From NCBI GenBank assembly GCA_964106645.2, contig OZ067049.1: a stretch of DNA of 64,000 nt. One strand, written 5' to 3'. Positions 39,001-52,885 of the stretch are shown piece after piece (position 1 is the stretch's first letter; each line of letters opens with the position of its first letter). The DNA is from Podarcis pityusensis (lineage: Eukaryota). The notes beneath the pieces were generated by a model. That model was given only the letters and a program-made list of their open reading frames with translations, made no database searches and was not told the origin of the DNA. The position numbers and the translations under genes were made by a program.

Positions 39001-41631
39001 GAAATCTACTCAGCTTCACCCACCCATTCACACCCCTGATCAAATTAAATCAATCTTCTCCTCAGGAAGGGATTTTGGCTTTAGAAAACACAGAATATGC
39101 CTTTAAAGTTAAAGAAGAGGAAGAGAAGACACCCCCAACACTCCTTATGGGTCAATTCCATAAGTAAAGCAGAAAAAAGAGCAACCACCTCTTCTCTTCT
39201 TCACAACTCCACCTCATGAAGATTTCCTATTTTCTTTCTCATTAAGTATGTTTGTGTCTGCTTTTTATAATGTTGTCTGAGACCTTTGGGTAAAAACATG
39301 TAGCATCATATATATATCATCTACTGCTTTCCCCCCTCCACTGTTAATAAAAGTGTTTGGAAGTTTTATTAGCTGGCTTATGTTGCATATTTTGTACATC
39401 ATTTGCAGCAATGGATGTCCCCAACATAATCTGTATTTCACATGGATGTTATTGGGACAGTGCACTTTAATAATGGAGCTTTTGTGGGTTGTCAGATAGT
39501 GGTCACACAACGTGCAGTTTGAAAAGAGGGGGGTCACATGAAGGGGTGCTATGAAATGTTTCAAGAGTAAGGTAGCAAACGCCAGCCAATATATTTTGGT
39601 GCCTCGGACAGAAGATCCAAATGACTCCCCATCCTAGTACTGACAGATACAGAACACAATTTACCAGACTGTTCTCCTGCACACACTTTGTTGAAATGAA
39701 TGGAAGTTCTTTAAAATCATGGAGCTCAGATTGTGCACTGCAGCTGTTTGGAGTTGCAAAATTATCTTGGACCAACCCTGCTTGAAACCAGGTGAATATT
39801 TCAATATTCACTCAGATTTGAAATTGGAATTTGTGTTAGCTCTATCCATGCCCTTTTAATGCATGTTCCCCAAGAGACTGTCTGATAAATGAGTTTCCTG
39901 GCAGGAATGTTTGCTGAAAGATTAAATTTTAAGCAAATGTCACAAAATATTAACTCAGAAGTCATTCTTAAACTTGTAAAATCGACACAGGAAGCTGTAC
40001 AGTAGTAATATAGAGGAATATATTGTGACCTGTGAGTTCAATCACTGCTGCCCAACACACATTTTGAAATAAAACAAAAAACTCCAAACCCTGTTACATA
40101 AAATTCCTCATACAGTAATCTGAATCCAGTGTAGTAGTCACAGTAACTTGTGTTAGTGTATCTCTGTGGCAAGAACTCTACCACTTACCCAGATCTATGA
40201 CCTACATTGTGTAAAACCTTCCCCAATTCACTTGCATAAACAAGTTGATGCTTGTGCTAAATTTTATGCTGAATTTTAAAATAAAGCAGCTCTGCTGAGG
40301 AGGATTTGACTTCCTATGGAAACATTAAACTGGAATATTAAACTAGAGAAGAATGAACAATTGGAAAGGATTTTGCATACTAAAATTTAATTGTAACAGA
40401 ATTAATAATACTAAGATAAGTCCTACCCACGTCTGCATTATTTATTTATTATTAATGTTATTATTAACATTATTAAATATTTATATCCATTATTTCAACA
40501 AAAGACTACAAGGTGAATAACAACCAAGGTATAACTATAAATTAACGTTTTAAAATCTCACTTATCAGCTAGTGTTAAAACAACAGCAAAAACAACAAAA
40601 AAGAGATTGCAACAGCAATCAAATTGCATAAAACCAGAGACAGCTGAAACCAGTTCAATTGTTTAAAAAAGTACAATATAAAAGCTTTCATAGGTTTTTC
40701 ACCAACTTATAAAAGGACATTGCACAGTGGAAGAAGGTAGGGATTGAAAAACGATGCATGAGAACATTCTGAACTTTTGCATATAATAAGGTATTGGGGA
40801 AGGGGTTGTTGAAGTAATTTATTAGAAATGTTTCATTGCCGTAATCTCACTTGTAACTTCTGCAGGAAGGCACATTATGTAACCATATCCCACAACACAA
40901 CCAAGGTAGCAGTTGGTGTACTTGCTCCTTAAGTGCTAGAAGCCCTCCTGGTTAGCACAACTATACTATGAATCGTGCTAGGATGAGTTTGATGAAGAAC
41001 ATGATCCATGATTAGTGGTGCAGCTAGGGATGGCCCTCGAGGTCAAAATCCAGGGCTCCTCAGCCCATGGGGGCCTCAAATGACCACCACAAATAAGTGA
41101 CAGAGGATAGAGCAGTGGTAAACATCAGCACCTGAGCCAGCATGGGCCTACCTTGCACAGGGACCACTGCTGATGGCTGCAGCATGCTATCATTTAAAAA
41201 AACAAATCATAGTCAAGGTGCTGAAAGTGGCAATAGTTTGGCAGCTCACTCAGTATGATTGCCTTCATGGCAAGCTATTGTTAGTATTCCCGGTTTTCCT
41301 GGCCTCTGAGGCAGGTCTTGGTGCAGGTAATTGCAATCCATTTTAGAATGATTTTGCCCTGAGCAATTTATTAATTTTTTTACTTTAAAAACACACTATA
41401 ATTTTCTGCAACAAAACTGTACTCATTCCCAAATAAATGTACTTAGAATCAGGACAGCAGAAGCAGATTCCATTTTATTTCTGTAATCATGATGGTGCTG
41501 TGATTTAAGTGAGTTTAAAATGCACATACTCAGAATGTGACTTCATCTTTTTTTTTTTTAATCAGGGAAATGTTTTGTTTTGTATTTATTTCCTGCTCTA
41601 ATAGCAGCTGTAAAGCATGAGATATTCGGAG

Positions 41632-41659
41632 AATTAATTAATTAATTAATTAATTAATT
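41632..41659. repeat. (AATT)n self-complementary microsatellite
   Basis: Direct reading. Confidence 0.95.
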
Positions 41660-44600
41660 CACAATTGACATAATATGCAAGGCAGTCTAAAGAAGGGACT
41701 GGGAAATCTGTTAAATCCAGGGTATAATATTACTTTGTTGCAGCACTGGCCATTAGCGGTCAGCAAGTATGCTCTCCTGCCATAACTATAACTTATTCCA
41801 CCTGAATTGTAAGGAAATGATATGATATCATTTGCAGACTGTAGTGGAGAATTTATTGACCCCTATTCCTTTGAATGACTTTGAGGGGGAGCATCTGCAT
41901 CTTCATGTCACAGATACAGTCTCCAAAAAAGGAATATTAATTTATTTCTTTGCACCAATAGTTGAAGATATCTTACACCCAATTCTGCAGTAACATGGAT
42001 TTTCCTTTTTGATATATATAAAAAAATGTTGTTATCCTTATTATCAAATAAATGTTATGCCCAAATGCACATGGACTGATTTTCTGTCTGCTAATTAGTC
42101 AGTGAAACCCTCATTTAAATTGGGACTTATCTATACAACATACATGTGCTACACAGATTAATGCAAGAATGATGCCATCAAGTCAACTAAGAGTGCAAAA
42201 TTAATATTTAGGGATGCAAGACCTGTTGAGTTAATTGCAGGGGACTGGGAAGTAAGGAAAACAGTTTATGAAGTGCTCCCATGCAGTATTTCAAGATATA
42301 CATGCCCACTGGAAGAAGCAAAATTATTCTCTGCCCATGCTGCCACCTTCCAAAATCCCCACAAGGTAGACACTGGAAAGGGTTACTTCTTAATTGGCCT
42401 TCAGTGTTTGTGGAGCATGCAATGTCAAACATTCTGTAAACACAAATGTTATTATACCAAGCATGCTTTATGGAAGTCTATAATATTAAAGAATAACTAT
42501 CTGCCTGAACAGCTTGGGGCATTCATCTGCGGAAATGTTTTGCCAAGGAGCAGACACACCTGTTGAAATTGTTTAAGACTAGAGATCAATAAGTGGGTGC
42601 TGCTTGAAAAGCCAATCACACTCCGGAGTTCCCAAGGGCGAGGGTGAGCAAGAACCACTATAATGTAGAAATTGCACTGAGTAGCGCTATTTGCCATTGA
42701 TTGTAGCAGAAGGTTACAGGGAGCAAAGAATCTTAGAACAAGTGGATCTTTTACCCAGACCCCAAAGTTTTCCCACGCAAGTTCCATTGGAAATGAATGA
42801 AAATGACCCTGCTTTCTTCACAGCTCCTGTTCCTTTCAAAAAGTCTTGCAAGGAGACACTGATAGATTGTGCCTTCTAAATGTAATAGTTTGCCTCGTCT
42901 TCTAGACTGCTGTCCTGTGAGAAACATTAGTTAGCAGAAGGATATGGGTGGCCTCAAGTGCCTAGGGCACAGTACTGAATATTATCAGGAGAGCTGGAAT
43001 CTCTTACCAGCTTTGCCACTGAGATTACGTGCAAAGTTGTGTGAGCTTATTTCATTCATGATTATTAAATTCCCCTTGATCTATCTGATATAAATTTAAA
43101 TTGAAAAGGGGATTGAGAATTAGTGTAGCCTTATTCCTCTCTCAGTTCAACATAGTTCAAGTTTACAGTGTCTCATTTCCTTCATTTCTCCCAGTATATT
43201 TTATTAATTCAAAGTAGTGCTCAAAATTATGCATGTAAGGCTTTTGAGTTACATAGAGTTCTTCTCAACATGGATGTTAAATAATGTTTTTCCCCTTGTG
43301 CATCCAACCTGATGAAAATTTTTATGTTAAGCAAAAGCTGGTGGAACACAATGCCATACAGACAAGAGTTCCAACAGGATTTTTTAGTACCAGGACATTA
43401 TGTGGATTTGGTCCTCTGACTACCCACAAAATAGGGTTTGGTTTTATTTGATGCTTTATTATATTTCTATGCTGCTTTTCATTCTAATTAATCCCAAGGT
43501 GGTTTACAAACTAAAATAATAATAACGTGATAGAACATCATCATCATTGCTGTATACCACCCTATACCGGCAGGTCTCAGGATAAAATCACTCCCTGTTA
43601 TGCCTCTGTCTTCATGATGGGGTACATATACTGGAAAGGGAAGCCAGAGAGTTATCCATCACCATACTACAGAAGTGCTGAGGGTCTGCATCCTGTCCAC
43701 CATGGTTTTGTCGCAAAATCACTATTGGTGATGTGCTAATAAATTCAAGTCACATGGAGTGAAGGGTGTGTCAGAGGGGTATAAGAAGATATGCTGAGAC
43801 GATAGCCAGCAGACTCTGGCAACAATCATGTTAATGAAAAAGGTAGAGACATCATTGGACAGTCAAGAGGATTCAGCAAGTAAAAAGTTTTCCTGGAGCA
43901 TGAAATATATTATACATTTAGTCATCTATGAGAGGCTGTTGGTTCACTCTTTCCTGCTTTGCTTCAGATGTGTTTGACTCAAACCTATATCTTGGGTGCT
44001 TGTATTAAGGAATAGGTTGCATTTAATGAACTTGACTTGATAAATAGAAACATCAGTGCTGATGGATGAAGAGGAGTTGCACAAGCAGTTGGTTAATAAA
44101 ATGCCACCCAGTTCACCAGCTGCTTCTATTGGAGTTGATTTTGTATACATGGGTGAAGGCAAACTTTGAGTTTACATGGGAAGCATAGTTTGGCATCTGT
44201 CTCAATGTTTGGCTTATTGGGAATGGAACAGTGGGGGGAAATGGAAGTGGGCAAGCTAAAAAAATATTAACAGAAATAATAAAGCTGCTGCTACATAGTT
44301 AGAAGCCTGAGAGAAATAAACCAATGTAGTTTGTTAGTGTTATGTGAGTGAAAGTGTCGTGACTCCGACTAAATAAGCTCCCCTTCCTTTTCTTGGTAAA
44401 TATGAAGGAAGTACACTAATATCATTTTCTATCATTGGAGCAGTGGGTGTCTTGGCAGGAGAAGCCTGAAATGGCATGCCCATTAGGTATGGCTGGCATT
44501 TGTACATGACTCTTGCTTTGCACAGAATGACACTGGCAAAGTCTGGAAACAAACAGTGCATACATCTAATGTCAGTAATTCCCTTGGACAATCTAAATGC

Positions 44601-46711
44601 ACATATTTAGGAAAGTAATATCCTCCCCCATGGAGTGTATTCCCTCTCAGTCTCCCTCTCTTCCACTCTCTCTCACACACACACCCTGAAGATCACCGAC
44701 AATGAAATTGCTGCACTTTAGAGAGAAGAATGACGAGCAGTTTGAGTAACAGAAGTGAGAAGGAAAAGCTGCAGAATGCTAGCTGCATACGTCACACTGT
44801 AAATGTCATTCAGCACCTGGGGAGTCTGTTATTCTCTCAGGGCTTGCATTTGACACAGCAGGATTTCATATTCCAAGACTAGAAATGTGAGAAATCAGGA
44901 CATTATTAGCTCGGAGAAGAATAGCTGAGTATTTAGAACCATTTGGATCCAGACTGACAAAAAGAAACATTTTTCAAAACAGCAGTAAATTTGCAGAGTG
45001 GCCAGAGCAAAAGGATGGCAGTCTTCTATATATGCAAATAAATCCACAGAAATTACTAGCCAACACATTTCTTTGGTAGTCGTACCTAAAAGAAAGTAGA
45101 TAAAATTCATAAATCTGAACTATCTTGACTGGTCACCTGGTGAGTGGATATTCATAAGCCTACTTTAATATATGTATTGGGTTAAGTTTTGTTTAGGCCA
45201 TAGACAATAATTAACAAGGAAGATATAAAATAAAAAAATGATAAACAGTAGAAACCATATCTTACAGATTCTCACAAAGGGTGAAAAGCAGGTCAACAAA
45301 AAAATTATTGTAATTAAAGTGATCATAACAGCAGTTCACAACATGGGATTCAAGAAAAGCAGCAAGAGATAATGCCAAGGCATAAATTGCTGGCTTAAAG
45401 TAACTTTTGCTGATATATTTTTTTCTAGCAGAAAGTTTGACCAATTCTCCTTACTCATCAGCAGTGGTGGAAGTCATTTATATATAACTGAGATATGAAA
45501 GACACATTTAAAAACATAATGTATGTTCCTCGGTCCTGTGCAGCAAAAAGCATAAATGAACTTTATACGCAACATGGGCATTCTCAATTTCAAAACTACT
45601 GTTGAAATCAGATTATATCTTAATGGGGTAAGAATTCTTCTCAAAGTAACTAATTAGATGAGGACACTCTTCCAAGCAATGGGAGCATTTCAGCATGATA
45701 AACCATAGTGCAATTGTATTGCTATTTATTGCTTCAGATCACATCTGACCTAAATTCCAACATGGCCATTAAGGACAACAAAATAATTCTGGGGCATAGC
45801 ATATTATTGTATTTATTCCGTTAAACTCTTGCACCAAGCTGGCTGTTGGAATTGAAAGGATGACATTTTCTGCTTTAAGACCGTTTTAGGAAATTGAGTA
45901 GTATTGTGGATGCAAATTTTAACTGGTGCAACATATTCCTGCATGACAAGCTGTACCTGCCTAAAACCTCTCTTCTACACAACTGTTAAATGTTTATGCT
46001 AACCAAAATATCAATGGGAATTTTGCTGAAATCAAGATAATTTACATCTACAGCATTCCCACCATCTACTAAACTGATCAAAACAAAGTTTAAATTACTT
46101 TGGCATTATTATTTACAAATTCATGCTGACTTCTACTAACCACTTCATTGTTCTCAAGGTGCTTGCAGACTGACCTCTTTATAATCTTTTCAAGTATCTT
46201 CCCTGGAATTGGTCAGAATGAGCTGCCCATAGTTGCCAGATTCTCCTTTCCTCATTTTTGTTTGCAGTCCTGTGGCACTTTACCTGTTTTCTAGATTGCT
46301 TAAAGATGATAGTCAGAGGTTCTGACAGTACATCAACAAGTTCTTTAGTACCCTAGATGCAAGTCATCTGGCCTTGAAATCTTAAACTCATTTAAAATAG
46401 CTAGATATTTTTTGACAACTCCTTATTAATCTTGAACTGCAATCCTGACTCCTCAACAGTCATGCTATTATGCAGGTTAGCACACAATTCCCCCTTGGGA
46501 AAAGACAGAGGCAAAAATAGGAATTCAGCAATTCCACCTTCTTGCTGTTACCCATTAACATTTCACAATTCCTACTGAGCTACATACCCCATTTCCTTCC
46601 TCTTCTCTTACTCTGAACGTGCCCCAAAAGGCACTTTTTCTTGCCACCGTCAATTCTTTCTGAGCTTTAGCTTTGCTGACACTGTTCCAACCAGTCTAGG
46701 ATACTTGTACT

Positions 46712-46824
46712 CAATGCTTTTTTTCTAGAAAAAGAGGTGCCAGAACTCACCACTCTCTTTTTATGGCACCTGAGAGGTGCCAGAACTGAGTTCCAGCAAC
46801 TTCCAACTCAAAAGAAAAGCCTTG
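46712..46824. mobile_element. hAT MITE nested in CR1
   Basis: Termini caatgcttttt / aaaagccttg; perfect 8-bp TSD cttgtact at 46704-46711 and 46825-46832. Confidence 0.85.
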
Positions 46825-47974
46825 CTTGTACTCATCCTTGTTAACTTATCCTTCAGTCCTCTTCTCATGCATGTCCTTTTTATTTTCAGCTTTTTGTGCA
46901 GCCACATAGAATAGACTTTTTAAAAATCCTACATTTTTCATTCTCCTCGGAATTATTGGTGATTGTGCCTTTAGTAATTTGTTATTCGGGAACTGTCACC
47001 TGTCTTGGATTTCTTTTCTCATGAGTAGAAATAGCCATTTAATTCTACCTAGCATTTATTTCAGAATATGAAAATTGGGGGTTTTTTAGAACAAGCTACA
47101 TCCTTCAATTGCTATTTTCTAATCATGTCCCACTAAGTCTCAGTTATGTGGATCAATTTGTATTTACTTTCTCATTCAAGAAGTTGAAGTTCATCTTGTT
47201 CATTTCCCATACTCTATGCATTAGCATAGAAGTTTAAAGCTTTGGATATTCTACTCTGATCTCTCTCCTGCTATTTTAGCGTAGGGTTTGCTGGGCATCT
47301 CCTCAACTTTCCCAGTTTCTTCTGTAGCAGCCACATCCATATATTTAGTGCTTCATTTTGTACTTAGCTTTCAGCTATTGGAGCCATCCCACACAGTATT
47401 TGATTATGCCCCTCTTGCTCAGGTTTGCCATTCTTCTGCCAGATACATTTCCCAAGGTGCAGCCTACCTTCCTTCTTTAGGAAGCTTACACAATAGTCCA
47501 AGAAACATGCTGCAACTTAGGAGAATAGTTCCCCTGAACTGTGATCTCTCTGTGTAGTCCTCTACCTTGATGAGAACTTTACCAGAGCCCCAAGATGCTT
47601 TATCTTCTTCCCCAGAACTTTATAGTCAGGTATGTTTTCATAGTAATCCCTGGTGGTGTCATTCATTCCTGTACAGATGAGCAAAAATATATAATGATCA
47701 GTGGGCTTGATAAAACTTGGTAAGTTATCAATCACATCCTGGGTCCCAATACTTGAGATACAGTATACTTCAGAAGTTAACAGATTCACTTGACACAGAA
47801 GACTCATCTCTCAGTAGGGAGTTCCCAGCCATTATTACCACCACTTTATTCCTCTTCCTGCATATGGAGATTGTCACCTCTGTGCTTAAAGGCTTGAGAG
47901 TCTTCCTTCCTAGCTAATGTAGCCTGCTGCTGCTGTCTTCCACCAGCTCCTCAGAGACACTGGAAAGAGAGATA

Positions 47975-48200
47975 CAGTGGTACCTCGGGTTAAGTACTTA
48001 ATTCGTTCCGGAGGTCCGTTCTTAACCGGAAACTGTTCTTAACCTGAAGCACCACTTTAAGTAATGGGGCCTCCTGCTGCTGCCGCACCGCCGGAGCACG
48101 ATTTCTGTTCTCATCCTGAAGCAAAGTTCTTAACCTGAAGCACTGTTTCTGGGTTAGCGGAGTCTGTAACCTGAAGTGTATGTAACCTGAGGTACTACTG
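47975..48200. mobile_element. Tc1/mariner (Tigger/pogo-like, CAG-ended) MITE nested in CR1
   Basis: TIRs cagtggtacctcgggtta / taacctgaggtactactg; TA TSD at 47973-47974 and 48201-48202. Confidence 0.9.
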
Positions 48201-49399
48201 TATTGTGTTCCAGTGGTTCAGAATGCCGCCTTATACTCATGTTCTTTACAGTCATGGTCTTCAATGCAGTTTCCCCAATCCTACAGTTCTCATTTTCTTG
48301 ACTGCTTTTGTCCTTTCTGTAGTACCCCATGTCCTGCCCAAGAAGTCATTGTCTTCATAAATGAAGAATGGAAACTCATCACTGCTGTCTTCTTACTTAC
48401 TGGCCCAGCAGGACAATCAACTGACATTTTCTGCAAGTGTACTCTATGCTGACAGACAAGAAAATAAGCAGAGCACACACATTTCAGGGCACCACCAAAG
48501 AACCCTCACTGTCTGTCTTCTTAGCTCTTCATCACATCTTAGCCTCTACCACTACTGCTGAAGTGGTATTTGCTTCTTCCTTCATTTATTCTTTGAAGTT
48601 TGCCGGAGTTCCCATGATGTTCTGCTCCTTAGTATATAATTTGCAGCATGCAACTATTTATTTAGTACAGTTATTTATAGCCTGAGTTTCAGAATATAGC
48701 TTATTCCAATGTGGCTTACAAGAAACTTTTAAATTGTATTAAATACATAAACATAATGACCAATATCAACATATAAAAAGCCATCAGAATCCTTCACACA
48801 GGACTGTTGATAGTACATAGTATTTTGGGGTAGGAAAGTCCAGCTGGTGCAAAGTTCCAAGGTAGCCTTTGCCTGCCTCCCTCTCTTTCCTGGAATCCTT
48901 TTGACCCACTAGTGGGAAGAGCACAGAGCGGCAAGAAGTCTAAGCTCCCAGATAGTTATAGTGACTGATTTCCAGGATCTTTAGCAAAGGCTGCTGAAAG
49001 AGTATGCAAGTGAGTTGCCACCTCACAGATCCCAGCCCTGTCTCTCTGAGAGGGGTGTGGGTGGGTGGGTGTATCTATTTGTCTACCTCTGTCTCCAACT
49101 GATCTTCTAGTCAAGAATTTGTTTCTGTTATCTGAGAGAAGAAAAAAGTAAAGCCTCAAAATCTGGGGTAGGGGAAAGAATTTCATCCATTCTAGCACCA
49201 AAAGAAATCTTAAAGGAAATCACAGATGAAGAAGCTTCCAGCATTAGCAGGGAATATGAGGCTCCCACAAGTTGATGGTGGATTCGTCAGTAGGAATAAA
49301 TTTTTGTAGTAGAGAAACGGCTTGGGTGAGAACTAAACTCTGCAGGTTTAATAGGCTAAACACCTGTATTTGCTGACTACACAACCCTTTCTGTTGCTC

Positions 49400-50150
49400 T
49401 CTAATCTCCTCATTCTCATCCAATATCAATGGATTTTTAAACACGCTTCCAGTCTGTTTTAGGTCCCTTTGGACCTCAATGGATGCAAATGCTAAACTGA
49501 ATTAAACTCTGGATTCATTGCTTGGAACTCTATGCAGGCATCACATCCAAAATGCTAACTATGTTAGATGTATCCTGGGAAACATCCACTGGCCTTTGTA
49601 TACATTCTTTCTACTATGTGGTATGCTCTGATGATAAAATATTATACTGGTTTTTAAAACCTCCTTTATTAATTATATGTACAACTGACAACCTACCTGC
49701 TCTCCTAGCCAGTCTTCCTGACCTTGTAGGCCTGTTGCTGTTGTCTGAGAGAATAATAAAAGCATTCACCATAGATAATTCCTTTGTTTGTCAAGCTAGG
49801 ACCACCCCTGGATGGGTGGAAAGGATGCCTCTCTAGCCCACATCAGTGGATGATCTTATTGAGGCCTTGTTCTCAATTTGTCTTAAAAATTGTTAAGTCA
49901 AAAACTTCTCCACTGCCTGAAACTGTAACATGGGCTCTCTCTTCTTTCTCTCCATTAAAACACTCCTAGGGAATTTTTAAAGTTTTTGTGGTTTTGGCTT
50001 ACACAGGTGGGTATAACTCTCATGACATCTTGGCACAGAGGGTGTAAATTTCATGGAGTTTATATTGCCTGCATCTCAAAACAGATGTGCCCCCCCAAAA
50101 GTCTTTGCTTGAAGTGGTAATGTCCATATTGTAAGATCTGTCAAAGGGCT
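49400..50150 (-). mobile_element. Probable highly decayed Penelope-like retroelement (RT to GIY-YIG end)
   Basis: Minus-strand motif remnants in the expected order: MKFTPS (cf. MG..APS), DLTIFK, FHP, YGEC (cf. IPYGQ), ESR...GPKG (cf. ESRWI...P.GLN); many frameshifts. Confidence 0.45.
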
Positions 50151-51569
50151 GCGGCCTTTTTCACACCTGAGGTTATCACATTTAGAACAAGGATATTGTA
50201 GACTGATGAGTGTGACCGCTCAAGCGGTTGGTGGTTGGAGTCCTCCAAGATGGCAAAAATTAAATTGATTATGCAAATCAGTTGCAGCCCCTGAGGCTAC
50301 CATTTTATCCTCACTTCCTCCTCCTGAGTTGTGCCAGACTCTCATTTGAGGTACTGTCCAGCTCCAATGGCGCGTGAATCTGTGTCCCAGGGGTGAGGAT
50401 TATGGGTGAAATTTTGGCTCGGCTAAAAAATCAATAGGTGTTTTGTAATTGGCTTGGATGGAACCAGAATTTTAACTCATGGCTCCTTCCTCCTGAAGGG
50501 CTTCGCATATTTATATCTGCAGTGAAGAGGAGAAAAAGCGACCCATTCGGCTGCTAAGATGATGCTGGAAATGGTGCCTTGCCTTGCCCAGACAAACAAA
50601 AGCTATCCGGAAAGAGACGTAGTGGGCTTCCCTTCACCGTTTATTTGTTGAGCAAGCGAAGAAAGAGAAGGCTCCTGGCGGAGACAGAAACAAAGAAATT
50701 CAGCCTCGTCTGTGTTTTCCTTCCTGCCTTGCCTAGGCTACCCCACAGGCCATCTGTCAAGTTGTTCTGGGCTGTGGGAAAAAGTTCTGTCCCACAAAGC
50801 AGTGCAAGGAGCTATCCCGTTAACTTCTTTCTCCGGCCTCCTTGCGGTAAGAAGTTCTTAGGCACTGACAGATCTCCGCTTCAGGCTCTCACCAAAGTTT
50901 CCTCAGGACTTTGGGATCCTGGCAGAATCAAGCCCCATCAACTCCTGGTCCTTCACGTGCAGAGGAAGACCAGGTTGGAGCTTGAGGTGAAGGCGAGAAT
51001 CACTTTCTGTAGTGAGGCAGCCTGGAACTAGCTACGCTCGAATATCCAAAGCGATTGTGGATTTGGAACCTCTACCAGACAGCATCCTACAGGCGGTGTT
51101 GTGGCCTATGCAGATGTTGCAGGTGATTGCGGTGTGCTGCTGTTGTTGCTTTCTCTGCGCTTTCTTTTATTTGTAAGCCGCCTTGACAGGTCACTTTTGG
51201 AATACACGATTACAAACAAAGTTAACATCAACCGAAAGGAAAAATCAACAGGACAAAGCACTTCAGTCACCAGCACCTTTCTCGTGAAGGAAGTGGCATT
51301 GAGTTCATTTCACCCCATTTCTCTTTAGCACTTGGATGGCGACGGGCTATTCAATCCAAGTGCTGTAGCTTAACAGCAACTGACGTGGAGAGGACGGAGG
51401 GAAAACGAGGCGATGGGAGCTAGTCCGCAGGGAGGTTTTTAAGCGGCTTGGCAGAGTCTCCGTTTTTTCACAGTTTTTAGGCCTAAAAAGAGGAAGCTCT
51501 CCCCACTCCCTCTTTTTAGCCCAGACTCGAGGTAAAGCGTTAGAAAATAAAACCAGCTCTTACAGCCAG

Positions 51570-51652
51570 AGCCCAGCCACGTTTCATCCGAAGGAAGTCT
51601 CACTGGTTTCAGTGAGGCTTACTTACTCCCAAGTAAGTGTGTATATAATTCC
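51570..51652. repeat. Palindromic element family A copy
   Basis: gaaggaagtctcactgg / tcagtgaggcttactt...aagtgtgtata. Confidence 0.55.
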
Positions 51653-51685
51653 TGCTTTTTAAATGATCCCACAAACCCTCTTTCT

Positions 51686-51688
<3 letters not shown>

Positions 51689-51718
<30 letters not shown>
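51689..51718. repeat. (CA)n microsatellite
   Basis: Direct reading. Confidence 0.95.
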
Positions 51719-51722
<4 letters not shown>

Positions 51723-52804
51723 TCATCGATCACTCACTGAATTTCCTTGGGAAGAGTTCAGGACCTGAATGACACGTCCCGGTTTCTCAGCCGCTTGTCC
51801 CCAGACTTCATGTTTTTGTTTTAGGCTGAAAAATCTCCCGTGACTCCCTTTTCGCCCTACGTCCCAAAAGTACGGTTTTGATCCCTCCTTGTTTCAGATT
51901 TTGGGACGGTTGTCCGGGATTTCGAGACAGGTGGGGGCCTTTAATCCGCCCTCTAACCCCGTGACCTCCTTCCCTTAAGGAGCTTTTCCCCTCCATGTCC
52001 CTTCCTATTGAAAGTCTCATTCACAAATAAAAGCAATTTCCTTTTGGAACTATAATCACGACATGGGGAAATGCCTCCCCCCTCGCTATTTTTAAAAAAA
52101 AATAATCGAGGGTGCGCGGCGGTTCTCTTCTTCTAGCGTTTAGTTTCAGGGAGGCTTGTTTGTTTAGACACTTTCCTTAACAGAAGGGAACTTGAAAAGT
52201 TTTAATTAAAAAAAAAAAAAAAGGTGGGCCGGGCTAGGCTGGGAAGAACGGGGAGAGGGGCACGGATGGTTGAGGCTTTCCATTGACAGCTACGGAGTGC
52301 TGCGTCTCAGACAGACAAGATAAATACTTCCTGAAGAACCTCGAGGACAAAGATTTTTTTATTTTTAATGAAAATAAAAGCGAATAACCGCAGAGAACTA
52401 TCTGCTGAGAAACGTGCAATAGAAGGTAATATGCCATAATGAATGTGAGAGATCACATCACGGAGACTCTTGCAAGATGCCCAGAACGAATCCAGCCAAG
52501 TAGCACACAATGTGTTTCTATACCTGCAGGCTGCTATCCTACACAGGCTCATTAGCAGATAAGGAGCTGCGGCGAGGCTTCAGAACTTTCCTGGGCATCC
52601 GGCCGCGTCGATATTTGGCTACTCAGCTTGCTGAAATCCCTGCACGATCAACGTGTGGTTTATCCCCTTTGGTCAGTTTAGACTCTCCTTCTCAGCTTTT
52701 CTTCTACATCCGTTACATGGGACGAACCTAAGTACTAAGTCCCATAGGGTATCCGATCAGGCCAATTATTTGATGAGTTTGAAAAGTAGGGTGAATTAGG
52801 ATTA

Positions 52805-52885
52805 AGGCTGAAATCCTATACACACTTTACTGGGAGTAAGTCTCAATGGACCCAATGGATAGAGATGCATAGTATTGTGCTGCAC
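52805..52885. repeat. Palindromic element family A copy (internally deleted)
   Basis: ggctgaaatcctatacacactttactgggagtaagtctcaatgg...atgcatagtattgtgc. Confidence 0.6.

Larger units (their letters stand above)
45950..48630 (-). mobile_element. Old CR1 LINE remnant including ORF1 and part of ORF2
   Basis: ORF 47562-47807 (QDVIDNLPSFIKPTDHY.FLLICTGMNDT...DYKVLGKKIKHLGALVKFSS) matches the CR1 ORF1 SGNH-esterase domain; YTCRKC-like zinc-finger remnant near 48430; ORF2-like decayed sequence from ~47500 down to ~45950. Confidence 0.8.

Noticed and set aside
50579-51031. 150-aa basic ORF
   Set aside because: Non-ATG start, no recognisable homology or exon boundaries.
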